A stretch of 64,000 bases of DNA, taken from the NCBI GenBank assembly GCA_038147295.1, contig JAYQTH010000002.1, forward strand, positions 741,850 to 805,849, read 5' to 3'. The position numbers and the translations under genes were made by a program. This document shows positions 31,293 through 39,467 of the stretch, one piece after another. The notes beneath the pieces are model-generated. The model saw nothing but the letters and a program-made list of their open reading frames with translations, was not told the DNA's origin and did no database searches. This DNA comes from Gammaproteobacteria bacterium. GTDB taxonomy: Bacteria > Pseudomonadota > Gammaproteobacteria > Magnimaribacterales > TMED112. The stretch's first letter is position 1; each line of letters starts with the position of its first letter.

Positions 31293-31309
31293 TGTAATTT
31301 AAAATTACA
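31293..31309. promoter_or_regulatory. Perfect 8-1-8 palindrome, candidate operator upstream of the wHTH gene
   Basis: TGTAATTT-A-AAATTACA lies 9 nt upstream of the wHTH start codon and 2 nt after the stop of the upstream OMP gene. It is AT-only, so a chance origin or a weak hairpin cannot be excluded. Confidence 0.3.
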
Positions 31310-31310
31310 T

Positions 31311-33461
31311 TTAATCAAAATTAAATAAATATTGTAGCTTCATATAAATTTGAGAGCCTTCTCTAACCCATGTGCCTTCAATATCTTCTTGATTGATAGT
31401 GCCCCCGATATAGAAAATAGTGGCTGAATCTGGCTGCCATTGAAACAAAGCTTGGGTATACGAATCATTATTAAAATCGTTGTATTCATGCACAACTCTT
31501 ATGAACGAATCCTTATTGAATTGATAGGTAGCACGAACTGAGGTGACATAACCAGCAAAATAATCTTCCTTAGTAATTTGATCTGATAGTGAGTTGTATC
31601 GATATTGAAGTCGAACATTAAATTCATCAGTAAATTGATAACGAGTACTTAGATTATAGTTTTCTCTATCGCCAATAGATGGAGTATCAATATTTCGTGC
31701 AATGCCTTCACCAGCAGAATAGCCTAATCTAAAGTAGAAGTTGCCAGATGGTGAATAGGTTGCATTGAAATTGTAATCTGAAAAGTTTTTAAAATTGTAT
31801 TCCTCAAACATGACCTTTACATTGTTTTCATACCCAAATCCAAATTCCATTTGATTGGCCAAATCAAGATTAAAGTTTATGCCAAATTCTTGTTGCAGAA
31901 GTTGATTGTCATAGTTGTGAGATACGCTGGCATTAAATCTAGCATTGGCTGAGCGTATTAGACCTGTACCTCTATACTCATACCTTTGCCACAAATCATC
32001 TTTAATCCAATTATTTTCAGTGGTAAATCCTAAATCCGTGCGAAATTCAGGTGATTTAGTCGCACGTTGGAAGTAAGTAAACCAATTTTCAGTACTTCTA
32101 GAAAAAGCAACCAAGCCACCATAACCGCTGAAAGACTCGCCATCTAAACGGTAAGTATATTTATCTGTTTCAGTTGTAGTTGTTATTAAATCGCTTACAG
32201 GTTCCTCAGTATCACTTTGAGCTAGCTCAAAACGAAATGCATGTTTACTATCAAGAATAAATAAACCTCGAGATACATAATTTCGACCATAACCACCCTC
32301 CTCATATTCCCTATTGGTTGCTAAAAATGAAAGATATTGGCCATTGTCTCTGTTGTAATTGTAACTAAATATATTGGCATGACTTTTTCCCAGCAATGCT
32401 GAATAACTACGCATATTTCCTGGCACAATTAAAGGTGTACTTTGATCCTCTGCATCAAGAAAATAATAGCTGTGCTTATCTCCTCTATTAAATACTTTTA
32501 ATGCGTAATCGGGTGAATTTATTGACCTTGTGTAGACTGCAGATAAGTCTGTTCTAAGAAAATCTGCACCCTCATTAAAGAAAATTCTACGCTCAGGGAA
32601 ACGCAGAGCAGTTGTAGAATTAACATTTATCTGACTTTCATCTGCTTCAACTTGTGAGAAATCTGGATTAATGGTGAATTCAAAAGTATTATCGTTTACC
32701 TCATAAATACCATTCAATGATATTTCTGGATCTACTTTATCGGTGACCATTGCACCTGAATCATCTCTAAAGGACCTGGAATTTGCTGTTAGTGACGGAA
32801 TGAGTCGTTTTTTTGATTTCTGACTAATATTGGTTAATTCATAAAAATATGGCGATTGGCATATAAGACAACCTTTGCCAGCAAGGACTTTATGGCTAAG
32901 GTATCCAGACTCAACACCCTTGTTATAAAGTTTTCTATAAAATGCAACCTTCCAGCGCTTAATGTCTGTATCTTCGTAATTAATGGATGAAAATGGTATT
33001 TTGAGTTCAACGTCATAGCCGTAATCTGTAAATTGTGCTTCAGCTTCAAATTCTACGTTGTATGAGCGTTCGGGCTCTCCAATTGGACCTTCTTTATAAT
33101 CTAAGATGCTGCCATAAGGATTGGCTCCAAAACCAATAAAATACCTCCCATCTCCATAGGTATCCAAACCAAATATTACATGGTCATTGGTGTAGAAAAT
33201 ACCATCACGCGATCTAACCTGAGCTCTGATAAATTCTTTATTGCCATAAACTTTAAAACCAACGTAAAGGTAAAATTCATCGTGCATGACATAGGCATCG
33301 GTTTTGTGTTCTGCTGGTGTGTTATAGCTGGGTCTAGTTTCAACATTAATGTCGTATCTAACGGCATTTTGCCATTCATCTTGGTCAACTGAACCATCAA
33401 ACTGAATATCAGAAAATAATAAGAATGGAATTAATAGAAGCAGCCCTTTGAATTGTTTCAT
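31311..33461 (-). CDS. Putative outer-membrane protein with CBM9/DOMON-like N-terminal domain (DUF5916-like)
   Basis: 716 aa with a signal peptide. The N-terminus has DG.VD..EW..A..... and Y.MHDEFYLYVGFK. The C-terminal two thirds are rich in alternating aromatic/polar beta-strand repeats (YQF, YRY, YEYR), typical of a barrel. The family name is from memory. Confidence 0.6.
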   Translation of the reverse strand: MKQFKGLLLLIPFLLFSDIQFDGSVDQDEWQNAVRYDINVETRPSYNTPAEHKTDAYVMHDEFYLYVGFKVYGNKEFIRAQVRSRDGIFYTNDHVIFGLDTYGDGRYFIGFGANPYGSILDYKEGPIGEPERSYNVEFEAEAQFTDYGYDVELKIPFSSINYEDTDIKRWKVAFYRKLYNKGVESGYLSHKVLAGKGCLICQSPYFYELTNISQKSKKRLIPSLTANSRSFRDDSGAMVTDKVDPEISLNGIYEVNDNTFEFTINPDFSQVEADESQINVNSTTALRFPERRIFFNEGADFLRTDLSAVYTRSINSPDYALKVFNRGDKHSYYFLDAEDQSTPLIVPGNMRSYSALLGKSHANIFSYNYNRDNGQYLSFLATNREYEEGGYGRNYVSRGLFILDSKHAFRFELAQSDTEEPVSDLITTTTETDKYTYRLDGESFSGYGGLVAFSRSTENWFTYFQRATKSPEFRTDLGFTTENNWIKDDLWQRYEYRGTGLIRSANARFNASVSHNYDNQLLQQEFGINFNLDLANQMEFGFGYENNVKVMFEEYNFKNFSDYNFNATYSPSGNFYFRLGYSAGEGIARNIDTPSIGDRENYNLSTRYQFTDEFNVRLQYRYNSLSDQITKEDYFAGYVTSVRATYQFNKDSFIRVVHEYNDFNNDSYTQALFQWQPDSATIFYIGGTINQEDIEGTWVREGSQIYMKLQYLFNFD

Positions 33462-33518
33462 TATTTTGTCAACGCCTAGTATAGGTAAAAAATTTTAAAC
33501 GTTAAGTAAATGTTTAAA

Positions 33519-34898
33519 TTATTTAAGATTTTTCTCAATATTATCAATAACTTCTTTTACACAAGCTTTTTCAGCTTGATCTGTCACGGAATTAAGCAAT
33601 TCCTTAGCATTGGATAATTCTTTTGTAGCATCGGGCCAGGGACCGTCTTGATTAAACCTTTGATCAATTAAATTATGACAATATTGAATAAAATTTTGAG
33701 GCACATCACCAGGCATAGACTGAGAGCAAATACGCCAGGCAAATTCTTTATATCGCTGTTCAGGAAATAGATTAATAACCCTTAACTTTTCATCTAATGT
33801 TTTGGCTTGATGAAATTTATTGAAAGCATCGTAAGTTGCATTGCTTGGAAATCCACCTGAATATAATTGCTGTTCATAGCTAGAATTATCGTATTGGGGC
33901 ATTTCTTGTGTAACTTTGAGTTCAAAGAGCTTGTCTACAAAATTTTGGTTGTCTTTTAACTGTTCAGCGCGCATTAAATAATTATCATCCAAGACCAAGT
34001 CAACATCGTCATTTTTCAGAGAATTATAGGTTACTGTAGGCTGTGTTTTACCTAATTTGACCCACTTGATAGGAGAATCCTTAGAATTAAAAATAGCTGA
34101 TTCTAATTCACCTAAACTCATATGAATGTAATCCTGAGGATCAAAATTTAAATTAAATATTGGTATTTCATGGTGATCATACATATATGAAGACAAAGCA
34201 GTAAAAGGATAATAATTTCCAAACCTTGTAACATTTAAATGCAACACATTGTTTATTAAGCATTCTTTGTGATTGGTTTTACTGCAACTTGAAATTGTCT
34301 CTTGATAAAAATTTGGCGCTATATCTTTAATTAATTTTTGTAATTCCAGTAAAAAAATACAGTCAGCTAGTGCATCGTGAGCTTTAGCAGTATTCATTCC
34401 AAGTGATTTTGCTAGCAGTTCTAATTTATAGGAAGGTTTGTTATTGATTTGAGGTATTGTAAATTTATCTGCATAAAATTTACCAAGCACATACATTTTT
34501 GGTAATAAATCTAGCCGAGCATTGCCATTGGTATTCGTAATATAAGGATTGATGAGATTCCAATAAAATTGTCGTCTTATAATTTCCTCGTCAAAGAAAA
34601 GACCATTATAGGTTACAAAGGTTGCTGGCTCTTGTGCGCACCATTTAGACCAAACATTGAACCATTGGCATGTCATATCGTAATGAGTATTTGGGTTATT
34701 AAATGTTTCGTATTTTTTATTAGTCAGAAGTGCTCCAGCTGTGACAAGAGTCCACGGCAATGGTCTACAAGATAAGTCCATATCATTGAGCTGCTCAAGG
34801 TGACTGTTTGTTAAAATAGAGGCTACCTGGATTACTTGGATAAAATCTCTCTGATCTTTACCTGTAGTCTCAGTATCGTAAAAAACAAAGTTAGTCAT
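33519..34898 (-). CDS. sbcB: Exodeoxyribonuclease I
   Basis: 459 aa. DEDDh exonuclease motifs are FVFYDTETTG, YNGLFFDEE and AHDALAD. The size and C-terminal helical region fit ExoI. Confidence 0.85.
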   Translation of the reverse strand: MTNFVFYDTETTGKDQRDFIQVIQVASILTNSHLEQLNDMDLSCRPLPWTLVTAGALLTNKKYETFNNPNTHYDMTCQWFNVWSKWCAQEPATFVTYNGLFFDEEIIRRQFYWNLINPYITNTNGNARLDLLPKMYVLGKFYADKFTIPQINNKPSYKLELLAKSLGMNTAKAHDALADCIFLLELQKLIKDIAPNFYQETISSCSKTNHKECLINNVLHLNVTRFGNYYPFTALSSYMYDHHEIPIFNLNFDPQDYIHMSLGELESAIFNSKDSPIKWVKLGKTQPTVTYNSLKNDDVDLVLDDNYLMRAEQLKDNQNFVDKLFELKVTQEMPQYDNSSYEQQLYSGGFPSNATYDAFNKFHQAKTLDEKLRVINLFPEQRYKEFAWRICSQSMPGDVPQNFIQYCHNLIDQRFNQDGPWPDATKELSNAKELLNSVTDQAEKACVKEVIDNIEKNLK

Positions 34899-35121
34899 TA
34901 AAGGTATTTAATAACTCAGTATATCCGCCTATTAGTTCATTATTTATGAAGATCACGGGGACAGTTCTCATATTGGGTGCTAATTGGCGCATTTCATTAA
35001 AAAAATCTTGGGATTGATCAATATTTTTTTCAATAAAATCTAGATTTTTTGATGCCAAAAGGTTTTTTGCTGCAACACAATACGAACACACGTTTCTACT
35101 ATATATTGTGTATTTATCCAT
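34891..35121 (-). CDS. Glutaredoxin
   Basis: 76 aa with the CSYC active site and TVPVIFINNELIGGYTEL. Confidence 0.85.
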   Translation of the reverse strand: MDKYTIYSRNVCSYCVAAKNLLASKNLDFIEKNIDQSQDFFNEMRQLAPNMRTVPVIFINNELIGGYTELLNTFND

Positions 35122-35383
35122 TTGATGGCTGTTCTGGAATCTCTTTCTCTTTTATTTCATTGTCAACTGGTGGAACGGTTGATTTTTTTATTCTAGAGCC
35201 ACTGGTGTTACAGATATAAATTTCTTCTCCTTCAATATACTCAACAGAGACAAAATCACATTCGTTCTTAAGTTTATCAATTTTTGCTTTCCGTTCGGTC
35301 TCGTACAAACTATCTTCTGTTGAAGCACAACTAAAGATACAGATTAAAGTTAGGAAAAAAATTAAAATCTTTGTTAATCTCAT
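35114..35383 (-). CDS. Small lipoprotein (hypothetical)
   Basis: I placed the start at MRLTKILIFFLTLICIFSCAS (signal plus lipobox), giving 89 aa. The longer track ORF (to 35497) would run 109 nt antisense into glpK. Confidence 0.5.
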   Translation of the reverse strand: MRLTKILIFFLTLICIFSCASTEDSLYETERKAKIDKLKNECDFVSVEYIEGEEIYICNTSGSRIKKSTVPPVDNEIKEKEIPEQPSNG

Positions 35384-35388
35384 AAAAG

Positions 35389-36825
35389 ATGATTTTAACA
35401 ATTGATCAAGGCACCACAAGCTCAAGAGCAATAATTTTTGATATTGATGGCTCTGTAATTGATTCAAAGCAAGAGGAGTATCCGTTGATCTACCCACATA
35501 ATGGTTGGGTAGAAATAGATCCCGAGAAATTGTTAGAAAGTGTTACTAACACTTTAAAAAACTTTCAATCTCTGAAGATTGAGTGTGCAGCAATTACCAA
35601 TCAAAGAGAAACGACAATTGTTTGGGATAAAGATACAGGTAAAGCTATTTATAACGCTATAGTCTGGCAAGATAGACGAACCGATCAATATTGCTCGAGC
35701 ATTGATTCGCCTGATCTGAAAGAACAAATATTAAATAAAACTGGCCTAATTCTAGATCCTTATTTTTCAGCAACAAAAATCAGGTGGATTCTTGATAATG
35801 TTGAAGGTGCACGGGATAAAGCCAAACAAGGGAAGCTTCTATTCGGTACTGTGGATACTTATCTTATGTATAAGCTATCCAACCACACAATTCATAAAAC
35901 GGATTTTACAAACGCTTCACGCACCATGCTTTTCAATATACATACTTGTGAATGGGATCAAGATCTCCTTGACCTGTTTGATATTCCAGCTTCAATGTTA
36001 CCTGAAGTCATGCCATCTGATTCATCATTTGGTTCCCTGGAGATAATGAACAACATCGAAGTTAGAGCGGTTTTAGGTGATCAGCACGCGGCATTGTTTG
36101 GACAACATTGTATCAACAAGGGCGATCTTAAAAGCACATATGGCACTGGATGCTTTTTGATGGTAAATACCGGCCATGAAATCGTTAAATCATCTTCAGG
36201 ATTACTAACTACTATAGGCTACGCTTTCAATGGAGAGGTTAATTATGCTCTTGAAGGCAGCATTTATTCAGCAGGAACCATTACGCAATGGTTAAGGGAT
36301 CAATTAATGTTTTTTGAAACCGCAAAAGATTCAGAAAATTTTCTAAATAATTCTTTATTAAGTAATGAGGTATTTTTTATACCAGCATTCAATGGATTAG
36401 GAGCGCCCTACTGGGACTCAAATGTTCGAGGATCCTTTCATGGTTTAACTAGAGATACAAATAAAAATGATCTTACAACAGCTGCTCTTGCCTCTATAAG
36501 CTTTCAAACTAAAGATATTATTGCAACATTAAGAAAGGATAATATTCAGGTAGAAAAATTAAAAATAGATGGTGGCATGGTAGAGAATGATTGGTTTACC
36601 AAACACTTGGCAACCAGTATTAATCGCAGTGTTTTAATACCCGATAACAAAGAATCTACAGCACTTGGTGTTGCTATGATGGCTGGTATTGCCTCTGGTC
36701 TTTGTTCAGAAGATGTTTTGGCACAAGCAAAGACGAGAGAAGTTAGAGCAGTCACAGAGAAGAGTAAAGAGGTATTAGCTGAGTATGAAGCTTGGAAATC
36801 AATCTTAGAAAAACAGCTTTTCTAA
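35389..36825 (+). CDS. glpK: Glycerol kinase
   Basis: 478 aa with LTIDQGTTSSRAIIFD, NQRETTIVWD, WQDRRT and GDQHAALFGQ. Confidence 0.95.
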   Translation: MILTIDQGTTSSRAIIFDIDGSVIDSKQEEYPLIYPHNGWVEIDPEKLLESVTNTLKNFQSLKIECAAITNQRETTIVWDKDTGKAIYNAIVWQDRRTDQYCSSIDSPDLKEQILNKTGLILDPYFSATKIRWILDNVEGARDKAKQGKLLFGTVDTYLMYKLSNHTIHKTDFTNASRTMLFNIHTCEWDQDLLDLFDIPASMLPEVMPSDSSFGSLEIMNNIEVRAVLGDQHAALFGQHCINKGDLKSTYGTGCFLMVNTGHEIVKSSSGLLTTIGYAFNGEVNYALEGSIYSAGTITQWLRDQLMFFETAKDSENFLNNSLLSNEVFFIPAFNGLGAPYWDSNVRGSFHGLTRDTNKNDLTTAALASISFQTKDIIATLRKDNIQVEKLKIDGGMVENDWFTKHLATSINRSVLIPDNKESTALGVAMMAGIASGLCSEDVLAQAKTREVRAVTEKSKEVLAEYEAWKSILEKQLF

Positions 36826-37256
36826 AGCCATTTTCTAGTTTTAGAAGCATAATCATTCCATTCTTTTTCAAACAAAGTTTTTAGTTTGTTCTCTTCATGT
36901 TTAATCCAGGTATTTTCAATAATAAAAATAAATAAAACCGGGATAAGGAAAGATGATAGCGATTGAGAAAACAATCCTACCGATATTAATACGCCCAACA
37001 TGCCAAGATAGATTGGGTTTCTTGAATAGGCAAATGGACCAGATGTTACTAAGTGCTCAGGCTCACCATCAGGAATATAAGTCGTTTCATGGTTTTTCAG
37101 CTCAATGAAGGAATAAATAATTAAAAATATAGAAAAAGAGATCATCAAGAGTCCAATCAGTACCGATAGGTCAATAGCAATTGGAGCAACACCAATTAAT
37201 AGGAATTGCAGCAATAAGCATAGCAATAATATGATTGGAGGAAAATTTAATTTCAT
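36822..37256 (-). CDS. Membrane methyltransferase-family protein (ICMT/PEMT-like)
   Basis: 144 aa with four TM helices, LVTSGPFAYSRNPIYLGML and a C-terminal HEE..L...F...Y..Y..K..RW. Confidence 0.65.
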   Translation of the reverse strand: MKLNFPPIILLLCLLLQFLLIGVAPIAIDLSVLIGLLMISFSIFLIIYSFIELKNHETTYIPDGEPEHLVTSGPFAYSRNPIYLGMLGVLISVGLFSQSLSSFLIPVLFIFIIENTWIKHEENKLKTLFEKEWNDYASKTRKWL

Positions 37257-37301
37257 TTAAGTAGTTTATCTATTTTTAGCTATTAGCACATGAAAATTGG
37301 A

Positions 37302-39365
37302 CTAAAAATAATAGCTAAATACGACCCTAGCATTGAATGGTTCACCTACGCTAACTTGATGCATGGCGTGGGCATGTGGAAAATAAAGTTCATCGAACAG
37401 GTTCTCAAGATGTAGACGCAGTGTAAGCCGTTCGCTGTAGCTGTATGAACCAGATATATCTAGACGACTATACTGAGGTAAAGTTAAAGCCTCATTGTCA
37501 TCCATAATTAATGATTCGCCTTGCGATAAATAACCAAAACCAAGATTAAGTTTATTTGTTAGCTGGTATTGGGCATTAGCAGAAAAAGTAAATTCAGGGA
37601 TTTCTCGAGGTGTGCCTCCTGATTGAGTTTTACCATTCAATGAGGTGTAACTGGCCATAACATATGAAAAGTTTTGTCCAATATCCCCTTTAACTTCGAG
37701 TTCATAACCATCCACACTTAGTCCCCTAATGTTGTATGTTTCACCAGATATATTATCCCGTGCTGCTCTAATTTGTTGACTGTTAAAATAAGCAGCTGTT
37801 AGATTTAATTGATTATTAAGCAGTATTTTTATCCCAATTTCTTTGCTTTCAAAAACATCTGGATCCAATCGAGCTGCACTGGAATTTAATTTTTTATATT
37901 GTTCTCCTGATCTTGGTAAAAAGCTTTCACTGTAACTTAAGTACATTGATACATTTTGTTGTGGTTTAAATATTAATCCTCCTCTGGGTGATAAAGTGTT
38001 GTCTTTTTTTGTCTCTAAGGTGTTGCTGATGTGATCCTCAACACTAATATCAAATTGATCCAATCGAGCTCCTATAACCAACTTCCAGCGTTCACTTAGA
38101 TCTATCTGATCTTGCAGATAAAATGAAGAGATAGTTATTTCAGAATGAGTTTTACTATTAGGAGTTAAGTAACTTAAAGAGGTATCTATACCACTACTAT
38201 TTATAGCAAAGTCGATAGGTGTTGAAATAGAAAATAAATCAGTATCGTTCTGAGTTGCTGACCAATATGCATCGAAACGTGAATTATTATTGGTGGTTTG
38301 AATGTATTCAATACCGAACAACAAGGTATGAATAACCTTACCATAATTGATTTCATTTATAAGGTTGCTGGAAAAAATAAAGTTATCTCGTTTGGTTGGG
38401 TCTAAATATCCGTCCATCATTATCAGGCTACCATCGTAATCCGATGTATAAATGTTCTGATAAACTTTCTCAAAATTATTTGCTGTAAGGTTGAAGTTAG
38501 CCTTAAATGTATCTGACATTTGATAGCTTGCCTGTAATCTATAAATATCTGCTTCTAGGGTGTGATAATTAAAATCAGGATTGCCAAATACAGTGTTTCT
38601 TAAGGATGTATCTGGTCTACCATAGAGTGTAGGGATCCCTCTATCAATAAATCTTTCATGATTGATGTATTCGTATGAAAGGTTAAGAGTTAGCTCAGAA
38701 CCGAGAATTAGTGTTAATGAAGGGTTTATACCCATCCTATTACCAAAGAAATGATCTCGATGATTCTCTAGTTGATCAGTATGTAGGTTGATACGTAATC
38801 CAGAGTTTATGCCTAATATATGATTGCTATCTATTGCTAAATCTGTCCCTCCAAAAGTATTGAGCCCTAAATTTAAATGAGTAAAGTTTTCTGAAGTTAC
38901 AGCTTTTTTTGTAACACGATTTACAATGCCACCAGTGCCACCTCTGCCAAAAAGCAAGGCGTTTGGACCACGCAGTATCTCTAGTTGATCAACATTGTAT
39001 AAGGAGCGAATATATTGAACATCATCGCGTATCCCATCTTGATAGAAATCGGCAGTAGATCTGATACCCCTTATGACAATAGCATCTCTATGCCCTTCCC
39101 CTTGTGAACTAGTGACACCTGGAACAAATCTAATAATATCTTCAATATTGCTAAAACCATTATTTAAAATTTCTTCATCGGTAATGATAGAAACAGTTTG
39201 AGGTACATTGAGTATCGGAACTGGGGTTTTTAAAGCACTTACTTGGTCTTGATAAAGAACTTTGCCCTTTACTACAAGCTCTTCTAGATCAGAATTATTT
39301 TCACTACAAACAAAGTTAATAAATACTAAAAGAAAAAAAACTTTAAATTTATTGTTTAATATCAT
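37302..39365 (-). CDS. TonB-dependent outer-membrane receptor (siderophore/iron-complex type)
   Basis: 687 aa. A signal peptide is followed by a TonB-box-like LEELVV, a plug domain (VPGVT...G....I.IRG, LEILRGPNALLFG.GGTGG) and a C-terminal barrel ending in F. Two Fur boxes lie upstream. Confidence 0.9.
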   Translation of the reverse strand: MILNNKFKVFFLLVFINFVCSENNSDLEELVVKGKVLYQDQVSALKTPVPILNVPQTVSIITDEEILNNGFSNIEDIIRFVPGVTSSQGEGHRDAIVIRGIRSTADFYQDGIRDDVQYIRSLYNVDQLEILRGPNALLFGRGGTGGIVNRVTKKAVTSENFTHLNLGLNTFGGTDLAIDSNHILGINSGLRINLHTDQLENHRDHFFGNRMGINPSLTLILGSELTLNLSYEYINHERFIDRGIPTLYGRPDTSLRNTVFGNPDFNYHTLEADIYRLQASYQMSDTFKANFNLTANNFEKVYQNIYTSDYDGSLIMMDGYLDPTKRDNFIFSSNLINEINYGKVIHTLLFGIEYIQTTNNNSRFDAYWSATQNDTDLFSISTPIDFAINSSGIDTSLSYLTPNSKTHSEITISSFYLQDQIDLSERWKLVIGARLDQFDISVEDHISNTLETKKDNTLSPRGGLIFKPQQNVSMYLSYSESFLPRSGEQYKKLNSSAARLDPDVFESKEIGIKILLNNQLNLTAAYFNSQQIRAARDNISGETYNIRGLSVDGYELEVKGDIGQNFSYVMASYTSLNGKTQSGGTPREIPEFTFSANAQYQLTNKLNLGFGYLSQGESLIMDDNEALTLPQYSRLDISGSYSYSERLTLRLHLENLFDELYFPHAHAMHQVSVGEPFNARVVFSYYF

Positions 39366-39378
39366 CTGATTTTTAAAT

Positions 39379-39397
39379 GAGAATGATTCTCGTTTAG
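39379..39397. promoter_or_regulatory. Fur box 1 (proximal to the receptor gene)
   Basis: GAGAATGATTCTCGTTTAG contains the perfect palindrome GAGAAT-G-ATTCTC. The core AATGATTCTC resembles the AATGATAATCATT core of the Fur consensus. It lies over the expected transcription start of the receptor promoter. Confidence 0.65.
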
Positions 39398-39406
39398 TAT
39401 ATTATT

Positions 39407-39425
39407 GAGAATGATTCTCATTTGC
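39407..39425. promoter_or_regulatory. Fur box 2 embedded in a promoter spacer
   Basis: GAGAATGATTCTCATTTGC matches the Fur consensus GATAATGATAATCATTATC at 14 of 19 positions by hand alignment. On the minus strand it fills the 17-nt spacer between TTGCAA (39422-39427) and TAATAT (39399-39404). Confidence 0.7.
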
Positions 39426-39467
39426 AATAACAGAAGCAAAAAAACAATATTTAATTTAAAATAAAGT

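Noticed and set aside
35114-35497. The long 127-aa form of the minus-strand ORF
   Set aside because: The first 38 codons have no signal or domain character and overlap glpK by 109 nt. The internal Met gives a clean lipoprotein signal peptide, so I prefer the short form, though the long form is not excluded.
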